Shown in pieces: positions 9,501 through 19,045 of a DNA stretch of 64,000 bases. Location: the IMG/VR virus record IMGVR_UViG_3300012950_001127, positions 1-64,000 of that record. One strand, given 5' to 3'. The notes beneath the pieces are model-generated. The model did not search any database. It saw nothing but the letters and a program-made list of their open reading frames with translations, and had not been told where the DNA came from. Every line of letters starts with the position of its first letter. Position 1 is the first letter of the stretch. A program made the translations under genes and the position numbers. The DNA is from a virus.

Positions 9501-10509
9501 TAGAGCAGATATTGTAGTCGGATTAGCTTGGGGCGACGAAGCGAAAGGAAAGATTACTAGTCAGCTAGCCTCGTCAACGGGAAGTGATGGCTTGCCATAT
9601 TATGATATAGTGGCACGATGGGGTGGTGGGAATAACGCTGGACACACTGTTATTGTAAATGACAAAAAGTATAAAACTCACTTGGTTCCATCTGGTGTTT
9701 TTTATGGAGTAAAGTCTTTAATTGGACCGGGGTGCATCTTGCATCCAGAGTCTTTCTTCAAAGAGCTTGACTATCTTTCCGAGAATGGATTTGATACTTC
9801 ATTGGTCAAAGTTGCTTCAAATTGTCATATTGTATTAGATAAGCATATTGCATTTGATAAAGAAAATTTGTCAAAGAAGCTCGGTACTACGGGGCGTGGA
9901 ATAGGCCCATGCTATGCAGATAAGGCGGCAAGAGCAGGTATTCTTGCAATCGACGTTCTGGATAGTGAGTTTATTTGGGATGGAAAGTTGGAAGGCAATC
10001 TGTTGTGTGAAGGGGCACAGGGCGTATGGTTAGATATAAATTATGGCCTCTACCCTTATGTTACGTCTAGCGTAACTTTGCCGTATGGTGCGTGTAGTAT
10101 TGGGTTTCCGACTCAAAAGATTAAAAAGATTTGGGGAGCCGCAAAGATTTATGATACAAAGAGCGGCGAAGATCCGAGGTTTCCTTCGAGACTTCTTGAA
10201 GACCCGGTGTTAAAGATGCTCGCTGATTTGGGCGAAGAATATGGAGTAACAACGGGTAGGAGAAGAAAGGTAAACTGGCTTAATCTAGATATGCTAATTA
10301 ATGCGATTAGAGTTACAGGCACAACACACCTTGTTGTTAGCAAGTGCGATGTTATTAAAAAGTTAGGGCAGTTTAAGCTTAGTCATGGCGGTAGGTTAAT
10401 TGGGTTTTCTTCTTTAGAAGAAATGATCAACTTCATTGATATTAATGTTCGGAATAGTTCCCCATTGATAGAGGTTATTAAATTTTCATATTCGCCAAAG
10501 GTAATTTAA
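9490..10509 (+). CDS. purA: Adenylosuccinate synthetase (short form)
   Basis: WGDEAKGK, GGNNAGHT, GTTGRGIGPCY, EGAQG, YPYVTSS, GVTTGRRR. Confidence 0.95.
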   Translation: MMIDRADIVVGLAWGDEAKGKITSQLASSTGSDGLPYYDIVARWGGGNNAGHTVIVNDKKYKTHLVPSGVFYGVKSLIGPGCILHPESFFKELDYLSENGFDTSLVKVASNCHIVLDKHIAFDKENLSKKLGTTGRGIGPCYADKAARAGILAIDVLDSEFIWDGKLEGNLLCEGAQGVWLDINYGLYPYVTSSVTLPYGACSIGFPTQKIKKIWGAAKIYDTKSGEDPRFPSRLLEDPVLKMLADLGEEYGVTTGRRRKVNWLNLDMLINAIRVTGTTHLVVSKCDVIKKLGQFKLSHGGRLIGFSSLEEMINFIDINVRNSSPLIEVIKFSYSPKVI

Positions 10510-10510
10510 A

Positions 10511-11338
10511 ATGCCAAGCAAAATAATGGTTTTATACCACGCAAATTGCCCCGATGGATTCGGAGCAGCATGGTCTTTCTGGAGAAAGTATGGGCTAGAT
10601 GCTGAGTATTTAGCGGTGGCTCATGGCGCAGAAAGACCAAGCGTTAAAGATCGTGATGTTTTTATTGTTGATTTTTCTTATGATAGGGCTATAATGTTAG
10701 AAATGGAAAGTGAAGCTAACAGCCTTATTGTATTAGATCATCATAAGTCTGCCGAAGAAACTTGTGGAGATTTAGACTTTTGCCATTTTGATATGGATCA
10801 CTCTGGAGCATATCTTGCTTGGGCTCATTTGTTTCCACAAGATAATGTTCCCCTGCTGATTAGATATATTGAAGATAGAGATTTGTGGAAGTGGAATCTT
10901 ACTTCTACGGAAGAGATATTATCAGCCGTTGATTCTTTTGAAAAAACATTTGAAAATTGGGATATGATTCATGAATTTTTAGATGCAGTAGAGTCTATTA
11001 GGTGGAAGCGTGTTAAGAATATGGGAGAGGGGATTTTGCAATATAAGAGGAATTTAATTTCTTCTTTAGTAAAGAATTCTTATAGAACAAAGATTGCCGG
11101 AATGGAAGTGCCTATTATTAACGCTCCATTTTTTCAATCTGAAATAGCTAGTTCTTTAGCTGAAAATGAATCATTTGCAGCAGCTTATTACTTTGACGGA
11201 AGTTCATACAAATTTTCTTTAAGATCATCTTCTGATGGAGAAGACGTTTCTAAGATTGCTCAATTGTTTGGTGGAGGCGGCCATAAAAATGCCGCTGGAT
11301 TTTTAATAACTGATTTGTCTGAATTGTCAGATAAATAA
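10511..11338 (+). CDS. DHH/DHHA1 family phosphoesterase (nanoRNase-like)
   Basis: YHANCPDG, VDFS, LDHH, DRDLW, SLRS, GGGGHKNAAGF. Confidence 0.9.
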   Translation: MPSKIMVLYHANCPDGFGAAWSFWRKYGLDAEYLAVAHGAERPSVKDRDVFIVDFSYDRAIMLEMESEANSLIVLDHHKSAEETCGDLDFCHFDMDHSGAYLAWAHLFPQDNVPLLIRYIEDRDLWKWNLTSTEEILSAVDSFEKTFENWDMIHEFLDAVESIRWKRVKNMGEGILQYKRNLISSLVKNSYRTKIAGMEVPIINAPFFQSEIASSLAENESFAAAYYFDGSSYKFSLRSSSDGEDVSKIAQLFGGGGHKNAAGFLITDLSELSDK

Positions 11339-11354
11339 CTTAACTGAGAGGCCA

Positions 11355-12092
11355 ATGATGGCAATAGTTATTCCAGAGTATGAAGAATATACAAGTTTAG
11401 ATAGGCTGGTAGAGCAGATTCAAGAGTTAAACTCTCTTCCTTGGAGAGACTTTGATTCTTTCTTCAAAAAGATGCAACCTTCTGTAAAAAAGGATGACTT
11501 TAAAACTCTTTGTATAAATAAAGATATTTTTTATACTGCGTTTAAAGACCTTGAATATAATAATCGTTATTTGGATTATTCTATTAGAAGAGTTTTAGAG
11601 GTTATGCTGCCTAGGTATTCAGATGTAATTGATGAAATTTTGGTTAAAACAGAAATTAATCAAATTAAGGCAATGATTCTTAGGGGCGGATATTACTCTG
11701 ATATTAAGCTTATTGATAATATAGCCCTAACTTCTGACGGAGAAGCGTTAGAAGCTGCCGTTCACTTTTGCTCGATAAAGGCTCTTAGGAAGCTAAAAAA
11801 GGTAAAGAATACCAAAGCGCGAAGGGTTGTTTTGGAAAGATTGGGACCAGTAGAATGTTTAGATGAAATGCTATCTGATAAGAGCAAGGATATAAGATCC
11901 CTTGGCTTGGCGCGAGCGCCATGTAATTATGAAAAGCTAAAGGATATGACTAAAGAGATTGCGCGAGAACCCTTTACTATCTTGATTCAAAAAATTCCAA
12001 GCGATTATTTGCCAATGCTTCTTGCAAATAGAAATATTAAAAATAATTGGATAGCTAAAGCGTTAGAAAAAAGATTAACAATTGGAGAATAA
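11355..12092 (+). CDS. Hypothetical helical protein (paralog family with 3057 and 12095)
   Basis: C-terminal IPSDYLPMLLAN...WIAKALEKRL. Confidence 0.75.
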   Translation: MMAIVIPEYEEYTSLDRLVEQIQELNSLPWRDFDSFFKKMQPSVKKDDFKTLCINKDIFYTAFKDLEYNNRYLDYSIRRVLEVMLPRYSDVIDEILVKTEINQIKAMILRGGYYSDIKLIDNIALTSDGEALEAAVHFCSIKALRKLKKVKNTKARRVVLERLGPVECLDEMLSDKSKDIRSLGLARAPCNYEKLKDMTKEIAREPFTILIQKIPSDYLPMLLANRNIKNNWIAKALEKRLTIGE

Positions 12093-12094
12093 TT

Positions 12095-13027
12095 ATGTCT
12101 GATAATATTTTTAATAACCTTAATGTAGACACAGACTTTTCGGTAGACGATGATTTTGTGTCTGTTTTGATTTCTTTTGCGATTCCAAATGCAATTGAAG
12201 ATTTGTCTTATTACTGGAGGAAAGAAGGGAATGGCGCCAAAAAGATTCTTAATGATAAGACTTTTGAATTTATTTGGAGAAGCTTTCCTGAGCATAGGGA
12301 TGCTTTATTCAATTTTGTATTAGAGTCTACCTCAAAGGGCGAGAATGATTCTGGGGCTAATCATTATTTGACAAAAGAGTTTTCTACAACATTTGCAAAT
12401 AAAACGCTTGCCTCAATTGAAGAGAATGATGATTATAAAGACAACCAGTTGAAGGCCAAGATTGTGTCATGTGGTATTCATCCAAAGTTTGATTACCTAA
12501 AGCAGCTTCATAAATTCTCTATAGATCCAACCAAAGATAAACTATATAATCTTTGGGAAAGAACTGGACTAAGAAGCTCTGGAGACTCTGAGTTTTATGA
12601 CTTCCTTCTTGGAAGAGTTAAAAGAGAAAAGGGGGCTACTGACAAAAAGAATGAGATAATATCTCATGCTCTTGAAAATGATTGTCTTTCAAACAAGGCT
12701 TTAAAGCGTGTTGCAAAATCTAGCCCAAAGACCTTAAAGAGAACTGTGGTAAATCACTTGTCAAACAAGTTGAGTGTTGCGAGGCGAAATATGGACCACG
12801 CCGCTAACTCTAATCGCGGCGGTGGCGTAGATGAAGTGATGGTAAAATATTGGAAGAAAAATGTTGACAGGATCGAAGCTAAGGCTATGATGTTTGTAGA
12901 TTGCACCGATAATGAAGTCGTTGGCAATTTGATAGAATGTCTATCTAAGGATAATCTGCCTTGGCTGATGCCGTCTGCTTCACAACACCCGTGGCTTGCA
13001 AGAAGGCTAGAAAGAAAGATTGAATAG
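12095..13027 (+). CDS. Hypothetical helical protein (paralog family with 3057 and 11355)
   Basis: C-terminal LSKDNLPWLMP...WLARRLERKI. Confidence 0.75.
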   Translation: MSDNIFNNLNVDTDFSVDDDFVSVLISFAIPNAIEDLSYYWRKEGNGAKKILNDKTFEFIWRSFPEHRDALFNFVLESTSKGENDSGANHYLTKEFSTTFANKTLASIEENDDYKDNQLKAKIVSCGIHPKFDYLKQLHKFSIDPTKDKLYNLWERTGLRSSGDSEFYDFLLGRVKREKGATDKKNEIISHALENDCLSNKALKRVAKSSPKTLKRTVVNHLSNKLSVARRNMDHAANSNRGGGVDEVMVKYWKKNVDRIEAKAMMFVDCTDNEVVGNLIECLSKDNLPWLMPSASQHPWLARRLERKIE

Positions 13028-13062
13028 CGATTAAAGCGATTAAGTTATAAGTTGGAGATACA

Positions 13063-13254
13063 ATGACTAAGAATGAAGTTTACCTTCATGTTAAGGTTAC
13101 AAACACAGAAACTAAAGTTGTCTATGATCATAGACGGATTCCCTTAGAGCATGTAGAAACATTAAAGATGAGCCCAAATTTGAAGGTGGAAATTGTGGGT
13201 CCGTCTAGGGGTCCAGATAATGATAAATACTATAAAGCACGGAGTCGTACTTAG
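13063..13254 (+). CDS. Small hypothetical protein
   Basis: GGAG RBS; fills the gap between genes. Confidence 0.6.
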   Translation: MTKNEVYLHVKVTNTETKVVYDHRRIPLEHVETLKMSPNLKVEIVGPSRGPDNDKYYKARSRT

Positions 13255-13933
13255 CATATTAAGCATTGGTTGTTTGATGCAATCTGCTTGTGATTTAGAT
13301 AGCCTTGTTGATAGCAGAGAAAGTGATAATTCTGCTGCAACAGGAAATGTAACTTCATACAGAGCCAGCCTTCCCGAGTATACTCCAAAAATTTTGAATG
13401 GAGTTCGTTTGATAGAAGGAGAAAGTGGATCTTTGTCTATTAATGATAATAGAGTTGATTACACTATTATATATCAAACATATGACGGAGAGGTTCCGGC
13501 TCCAAGTTTAATAAGAAGTCACCGTCCTGAATATATAGCGAGTACTTTTGAGTCTGCTTCCTATGGGGTGATTAGCTTCCTTAATATAAAGGGTATCTCC
13601 ACAGAGGATTGCAGAGATAATTCTTTTAATATAAATATCTTTATTGTAAATAAGAGTATTATGCGAGATAGGGATAGATTCGCAAGGGGCTTAAGACTAA
13701 GCCCACAACAGGTTCCTTATGAAGTTTGGGGATTTTATGATTCTACAAGTTTTATTTTAAATAATTCTGCAATAATTACAGGACAGATTGCTATGCAGTA
13801 TAAAGACAGTACCTTGCATCACGAAACAGCTCATTATTGGTGGGATAGGCTTTGTGTTAAAAATAGCTGGAGCGGAACAACTGAAAATTTTGCTACGGAA
13901 TATCAAAGATTTTATGATGCGGGCGGAAGATGA
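13220..13933 (+). CDS. Exported/lipoprotein-like zincin metalloprotease
   Basis: Signal-like N-terminus ending QSAC; LHHETAHYWW with a downstream E (TENFA). Confidence 0.6.
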   Translation: MINTIKHGVVLSILSIGCLMQSACDLDSLVDSRESDNSAATGNVTSYRASLPEYTPKILNGVRLIEGESGSLSINDNRVDYTIIYQTYDGEVPAPSLIRSHRPEYIASTFESASYGVISFLNIKGISTEDCRDNSFNINIFIVNKSIMRDRDRFARGLRLSPQQVPYEVWGFYDSTSFILNNSAIITGQIAMQYKDSTLHHETAHYWWDRLCVKNSWSGTTENFATEYQRFYDAGGR

Positions 13934-15051
13934 ATAATGGACTTAATCTTTTGTCGGGAGAAGCTGGGACTCTTAGAGAGCAGCTATCATTTGATGATGT
14001 AGCCTTAGTTCCCCGACACTCTATGGTTAAATCAAGGTTAGACCCAAATATTCAAACCAAACTAGGAAGAGTTACATTAAGCGTTCCTATAATATCTTCT
14101 CCCATGGACACTGTAACTGGTCATAATATGGCGACTTCTTTAGGAAGCCGTGGGGCTATGGGGGTGATACATAGATTCTGCTCTCCTTCTGAACAATCAG
14201 AAGAGTTGATGAAAGTTATTCGGTTTAATGAAACAGACGAGTTTGCTTTAAAAAATGAGTCTTATGCTCCTGTTGTTCCTGCAATTGGAATTGGAGATAG
14301 TGAGCGAGATAGGTTTGAGCTACTATATAATAATTTTTATGGCCGTCTTGATTGGATTGCTATTGATGTAGCAAATGGTCACTCTTCTTCTATGAGGGAA
14401 ATGATTGATTGGGTAAAGAATAAAACAAATGGAGAAATCCCCTTATTGGTAGGGAATGTTGCCACAGGAGAAGGGTTTTCTTTTTTGGCAGATGCTGGTG
14501 CTGATGCAATAAGAGTTGGCATTGGTGGTGGCTCTATATGTAAAACGAGAATTATGACAGGATTCGGAGTTCCTACCTTGGCTTCTGTTTCTGATTGCTA
14601 TAGAGCAAAGCAATCAAGTGTATCATATGAGAATGTGGCAATTATTGCAGATGGTGGAATTAGGTATCCAGCGGATTTAGTAAAGAGTCTCGCGGCAGGT
14701 GCAGATGCAGTAATGGCGGGCCGTATATTCGCAGGTACATTAGAGTCTCCCGGCGAAGTTGTTAATATAAACGGAAAGAAGATGAAGGTATATAGGGGTA
14801 TGGCCTCCAAAGAAGTCCAAGATGATAAGCGCGGGGGTTTAAGGCCAGGGACTTGCGCGGAAGGTGTGTCAACTCACATCCCCCTTAAAGGCAAGGCGTA
14901 TTATATTTTAGAAGAATTTTGTGGCGGTCTTAGGTCTGCCATGACTTATGCTGATGCAACAAATATAGATGAATTAAGAAGTAATGCAATTTTTATCAGG
15001 CTGACTTCTTCTGGGTTAGAAGAATCTCATGCCTTTGGAACAAGAACATAG
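13930..15051 (+). CDS. IMP dehydrogenase/GMP reductase family protein, no CBS domain (probably a GMP reductase)
   Basis: [37 protein letters not shown] (catalytic Cys), ADGGI, YRGMAS, AEGV. Confidence 0.9.
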   Translation: MNNGLNLLSGEAGTLREQLSFDDVALVPRHSMVKSRLDPNIQTKLGRVTLSVPIISSPMDTVTGHNMATSLGSRGAMGVIHRFCSPSEQSEELMKVIRFNETDEFALKNESYAPVVPAIGIGDSERDRFELLYNNFYGRLDWIAIDVANGHSSSMREMIDWVKNKTNGEIPLLVGNVATGEGFSFLADAGADAIRVGIGGGSICKTRIMTGFGVPTLASVSDCYRAKQSSVSYENVAIIADGGIRYPADLVKSLAAGADAVMAGRIFAGTLESPGEVVNINGKKMKVYRGMASKEVQDDKRGGLRPGTCAEGVSTHIPLKGKAYYILEEFCGGLRSAMTYADATNIDELRSNAIFIRLTSSGLEESHAFGTRT

Positions 15052-15059
15052 GAGGAAAT

Positions 15060-15398
15060 ATGGATGTTTCTAGAAGTGAATGGCACGATTGGACAAGCTC
15101 AGTTTTGTCTAGGTTAGACTCAATAGACGAAAGACTTAGAGCTATTGAGCATCAGTTTAATGAAGCAACTTCTTTTGCAGAAGGGGTCGTTGAAGATGGG
15201 GGTCTTTTTGGCCCTAATGGATTAGAGGGCGTTAAGGGCATGTTAGATAGCATGTTTCCTATGTCTGGAATGTCTGGCGATGAAGGGAGTCCGGAGTCTC
15301 CAGTTGATTTACAAGAATTAATTGGCTCCCTTAAGGATCTTAAGGGGCAACTTACAGGGATATCTAATACTATTTCAGAACCAAGTGAAGAGGGGTAA
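15060..15398 (+). CDS. Hypothetical acidic coiled-coil protein
   Basis: AGGAGG RBS; heptad patterns at both ends. Confidence 0.7.
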   Translation: MDVSRSEWHDWTSSVLSRLDSIDERLRAIEHQFNEATSFAEGVVEDGGLFGPNGLEGVKGMLDSMFPMSGMSGDEGSPESPVDLQELIGSLKDLKGQLTGISNTISEPSEEG

Positions 15399-15417
15399 AT
15401 AAATTTTTGTATTCTAG

Positions 15418-15455
15418 TTTCTTATCGGTTACTATACTTTGCGGGGAAAGCCCCG
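15418..15455 (+). promoter_or_regulatory. Motif TTTCTTATCGGTTA(CTATACT), copy 2, with a downstream hairpin CGGGG-AAAG-CCCCG
   Basis: Identical to the 14-mer at 2722; precedes the AAA+/vWA pair. Confidence 0.6.
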
Positions 15456-15489
15456 ATTGTTGTTTTCTTGTTGTAAAAAGGAGTAAAAA

Positions 15490-16563
15490 GTGAATATTAC
15501 ACAAACAAAAGAAGTGCTAAAGACCATGCCGATGGATAAGTCCATCATGCTACATGCAAAACATGGTGTTGGCAAATCTTCTGTTGTCCATCAGGTCGCA
15601 GAAGAATTGGCAGAAGAGACGGGTATTCCACATGGTTTTTGGGATGTGCGTCTTTCTCAATGTGAAGTCGGAGATATTAAAGGCCTTCCTGTAAAGGATG
15701 AGGAACGAGATATTATCAGGTTTCTAAAGCAGGAGTGGTGGCCTCGGGCACAAAATTCAAGAGGAATCTTGTTCTTTGACGAGCTTAATCGAGCATCTAA
15801 AGATGTTTTGCAAGCAGTCTTTGAGATTTGCCTTGACCGCCGATTGGATGGTGAAGACTTGCCCGATGGATGGAGGGTAGTTTCTGCCGTAAACTCTGAT
15901 GATGATTATGATGTTGTAGAGCTTGACCCTGCACTTCATGATAGGTGGTTTCATATTGACTTTGACCCGTCTGCTGATGAATGGATGGAGTGGGCGCGAG
16001 GAAAGAATGTTCACAAGGCTGTGGTTGAGTTTATTAACCGTAACCAGAATTTGCTTGACCCGCCTGTTGGAAACCTTGAAGCTGGAAGGGTTTATCCTTC
16101 CCGTAGAAGCTGGGTTGCTTTTAGCGATAGTCTTTTGGCTATGAATCTTGAAACCCGCGATGATGGGATGCTTACACAGTGTGCTAAAGGCTGGTTGGGT
16201 CGTGAGATTGCAGTAATGTTTCAGAAGTTCATTACTAATGAGTTCTCGCACCTTCGTCCAGAAGAAGTTGTTGATACTTTTGACGCTGTAAAGGACAAGG
16301 TAGAGGCTGCGTGTAATGACATTGAGGTTATTGCCGCTCTTTCAAGGTCTGTTGTTGCGGAGGTTAATGACCGCTCTTTGACTAAGATGAAGGATAAGCA
16401 GCGTAACAATCTTCGTGAGTTCTTTATGATGCTTCCGCATGATGTTGCTTCTCAGGCTTGGGTTGCTATGCTTAGTGGCCCAAAGACGAAGAAGATTGTT
16501 ATGGAATGGCAGTCTGATGAAGAGTTCCGTGAGCATCTTAAGCAGATTTACCTCGCTGGTTAA
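15490..16563 (+). CDS. MoxR-like AAA+ ATPase
   Basis: Walker A variant HAKHGVGKS, Walker B LFFDELNRA, LDPALHDRW, PSRRSW. Confidence 0.9.
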   Translation: MNITQTKEVLKTMPMDKSIMLHAKHGVGKSSVVHQVAEELAEETGIPHGFWDVRLSQCEVGDIKGLPVKDEERDIIRFLKQEWWPRAQNSRGILFFDELNRASKDVLQAVFEICLDRRLDGEDLPDGWRVVSAVNSDDDYDVVELDPALHDRWFHIDFDPSADEWMEWARGKNVHKAVVEFINRNQNLLDPPVGNLEAGRVYPSRRSWVAFSDSLLAMNLETRDDGMLTQCAKGWLGREIAVMFQKFITNEFSHLRPEEVVDTFDAVKDKVEAACNDIEVIAALSRSVVAEVNDRSLTKMKDKQRNNLREFFMMLPHDVASQAWVAMLSGPKTKKIVMEWQSDEEFREHLKQIYLAG

Positions 16564-16632
16564 TCAGCAAGAAAGCACCCACAGGGAGGCATAGGGTAAA
16601 CAGGTGTCTCATCACTTTGAAAGGAGAATATA

Positions 16633-17766
16633 ATGGCAGATACAAAAGCAAAAAACAAGCTAGAAGCAGCTATCTCTAAGCTAGTAGCGTTTCAACCCTT
16701 GTACGGAGAGGTTTTTCTTCACCTTAATAAGAAGGAGCGTAAGAGCATCCCTACTCTTGCAGTAGGGGTTATTAGGCGAGTTGATTTGGCTCTTTATTAT
16801 AATCCAGATTTTATTTCAAAGCTGACCCCAACTGAGCTTAGAGGCGTTTTAAAGCATGAGGCGCTTCATGTTTTGTTGCATCATCTTACTCGCGCAAAAC
16901 ACTTTGCCTTTAATTTTCGTGGATATAATATTGCAGCAGATTGCGCTATTAACTGCCACATTGAAGGGCTGCCAGAAGGAGCGTTGTATCCATCTACATT
17001 TCAGTTAGAAGATAATCAATCGTCTGAATGGTATTACGAGAAGCTAAAGAAGGAGTGTGAAGGCGAAGGAAAGGACTTTAGTGACCTTCCTGGAGACACT
17101 CTTGATGACCACTCTATGTGGGAAGAGTTCGATGATGATATTGTAGAGGAAAAGATTAGAAATATCGCAGAAAAGGCAATTAAAGAGCAGGAGAAGAAGG
17201 GCTGGGGGAATATTAGTGGCAATTTGGCACAACAGATTATTGCGGCTAATAAGCCGGTTGTGAATTGGAAAAAAGAGGTTAGGTGGTTTATTAACAAACT
17301 TGTTTTGATGGGCCGAAAGCATACTCGTATGCGCCCAAATAGACGATATGGTATGATTGCGCCGGGTACTAAGAGAAACTATACTAGCAAGCTTTTGGTT
17401 AGCTTTGACACCTCTGGGTCCGTTTCTGACAGTCAGCTTGAATACTTTGCAACAGAATTAAATGGAATGATTGATCATGTCCAAGTAGACTTTGTTCAGT
17501 TTGATACTAGGATTCATGGAAAGCCTGCTCCTTATAGTAAGAAGGCTTCAAAGATTGATATAATTGGGCGTGGTGGAACAAACTTTCATCCGGTTATTGA
17601 ATTGGCCGATGAGCAGAAATATGATGGTCTTATAGTTTTTACAGATGGATATGCTCCATTTCCAGACAGACCTAGAACCAGAGTATTATGGGCAGTCTGT
17701 GAGCAAGACCGTGATGTAGCTTTCCCATATGGGAAAAAGGTAGTTATTGAACAAAAGAAGCGGTAG
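16633..17766 (+). CDS. DUF2201-like protein: HExxH metallopeptidase-like N-domain plus vWA domain
   Basis: LKHEALHV..HH, NIAADCAIN, MIDAS motif DTSGSV, GGTNF, FTDG; typical partner of the upstream AAA ATPase. Confidence 0.9.
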   Translation: MADTKAKNKLEAAISKLVAFQPLYGEVFLHLNKKERKSIPTLAVGVIRRVDLALYYNPDFISKLTPTELRGVLKHEALHVLLHHLTRAKHFAFNFRGYNIAADCAINCHIEGLPEGALYPSTFQLEDNQSSEWYYEKLKKECEGEGKDFSDLPGDTLDDHSMWEEFDDDIVEEKIRNIAEKAIKEQEKKGWGNISGNLAQQIIAANKPVVNWKKEVRWFINKLVLMGRKHTRMRPNRRYGMIAPGTKRNYTSKLLVSFDTSGSVSDSQLEYFATELNGMIDHVQVDFVQFDTRIHGKPAPYSKKASKIDIIGRGGTNFHPVIELADEQKYDGLIVFTDGYAPFPDRPRTRVLWAVCEQDRDVAFPYGKKVVIEQKKR

Positions 17767-17769
17767 TAT

Positions 17770-17804
17770 AAAGGGTGGAGACATTATGTCTCCACCCTTT
17801 TTTT
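17770..17804 (+). terminator. Rho-independent terminator
   Basis: AAAGGGTGGAGACA-TTA-TGTCTCCACCCTTT followed by a T-run. Confidence 0.9.
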
Positions 17805-17822
17805 ATCTTTAGTGAGGAGTGT

Positions 17823-19028
17823 ATGATACAAGTAATAGGCAAGACACATAGCAGAATGGCTACAATAATAGTGGCTTTTGGCTCTGGCTCAAGAGTCGAG
17901 TCGAAGAGTGGCTATAATCATGGTGTTGCACATATGCTTGAACACTGCATCTTTAAGGGCACAGAAAAGAGAACTAACTTAGAGATTCAAAAGAATATAG
18001 CATTTTTAGGTGGCTTTTCTAATGCGTTTACTTCGCATGAAATGATAGCTTATTATATAACTGTACCGTATGAGAACTTAGAGCCATGTCTAGACATATT
18101 GTCAGACATGGTTTTTTGTTCTACCTTTCCAGAGGAAGAGTTTTTAAAAGAAAAAGAAGTTGTTAAAGAGGAAGAAGTGTCGTCATTAGACGATACTCCT
18201 TCTTTTATGTGGAGAGAGTTCTCATCCATGTTCTTTGATAATTATTTATCTGATACTGTTATAGGTACACAGGAAAGTATTGATAAATTTTCTAGAAATG
18301 AAGTAGAGAGATTTCATTCTGAATATTGTCAAAGAAAAGATGCAGTCATTTCTTTGTGCTCTAACTTAAGAAAGAAAGACGCAAAGAGCCTGCTTAGAAA
18401 GTATTTTGGCTTACCTAACGGCAAGATCAAAAGGTCTTTAAAGTTTAAAGATTCTAACTATAAAGCCAGCGAATGTTTGGAGGCAATTAGGCCGGGGATA
18501 GAACATACATATGTTTGGATGGGTATGCCGTCATTTAAAACGGCATCTAGCGTAGAGCCAGCGTGTCAGGTCTTAATGACCATTCTTGGCAGGGGAATGG
18601 ACTGTAGACTCTTTACAGAAGTCCGAGAAAATAGAGGGCTAGTTTACGGAATCTCTGCCGGATTTTCAGACTGGCAAAATGCTGGAGTTAGTTTGGTTGA
18701 CTTTTCTACCAGAGATTCTAATGTGGATGATGCACTAGAAATTGTTGACAGAGAGCTTGATCGGATTAAAATGGAATTATGTAGTGACGAGGAAGTGCAG
18801 AGGGCAAAGAACAAATTGAGGTCTTCCTTCTATTCTGCTACAGAAGATAGCTATAGTATTGCGTTTTGGCGCCTTAAGGAAAAGATGTTTAAGCTTCCTA
18901 CTATAGAAGACTATATGTCTAAGATTGAGTCTATAACAAAGAAAGATATAATGGAGGCCGCAAATCTAGTTTTTGACAAAGATAAGCGACTAATGTTAAT
19001 ATGTCGAGGACCAGAAGATTCTGGTTAA
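17823..19028 (+). CDS. M16 (pitrilysin/insulinase) family zinc peptidase
   Basis: GVAHMLEH inverted zincin motif, NAFTS, RLFTEVRENRGLVY; ATG at 17823 with GAGGAG RBS. Confidence 0.93.
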   Translation: MIQVIGKTHSRMATIIVAFGSGSRVESKSGYNHGVAHMLEHCIFKGTEKRTNLEIQKNIAFLGGFSNAFTSHEMIAYYITVPYENLEPCLDILSDMVFCSTFPEEEFLKEKEVVKEEEVSSLDDTPSFMWREFSSMFFDNYLSDTVIGTQESIDKFSRNEVERFHSEYCQRKDAVISLCSNLRKKDAKSLLRKYFGLPNGKIKRSLKFKDSNYKASECLEAIRPGIEHTYVWMGMPSFKTASSVEPACQVLMTILGRGMDCRLFTEVRENRGLVYGISAGFSDWQNAGVSLVDFSTRDSNVDDALEIVDRELDRIKMELCSDEEVQRAKNKLRSSFYSATEDSYSIAFWRLKEKMFKLPTIEDYMSKIESITKKDIMEAANLVFDKDKRLMLICRGPEDSG

Positions 19029-19045
19029 AAATTACTGGAGTAAGA

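Noticed and set aside
9490-10509. PurZ (2-aminoadenine, Z-genome pathway)
   Set aside because: The catalytic Asp is retained (GDEAKG, not the Ser of PurZ), the GTT and VTTGR motifs are PurA-like, and no DatZ/MazZ-like neighbour was recognised.
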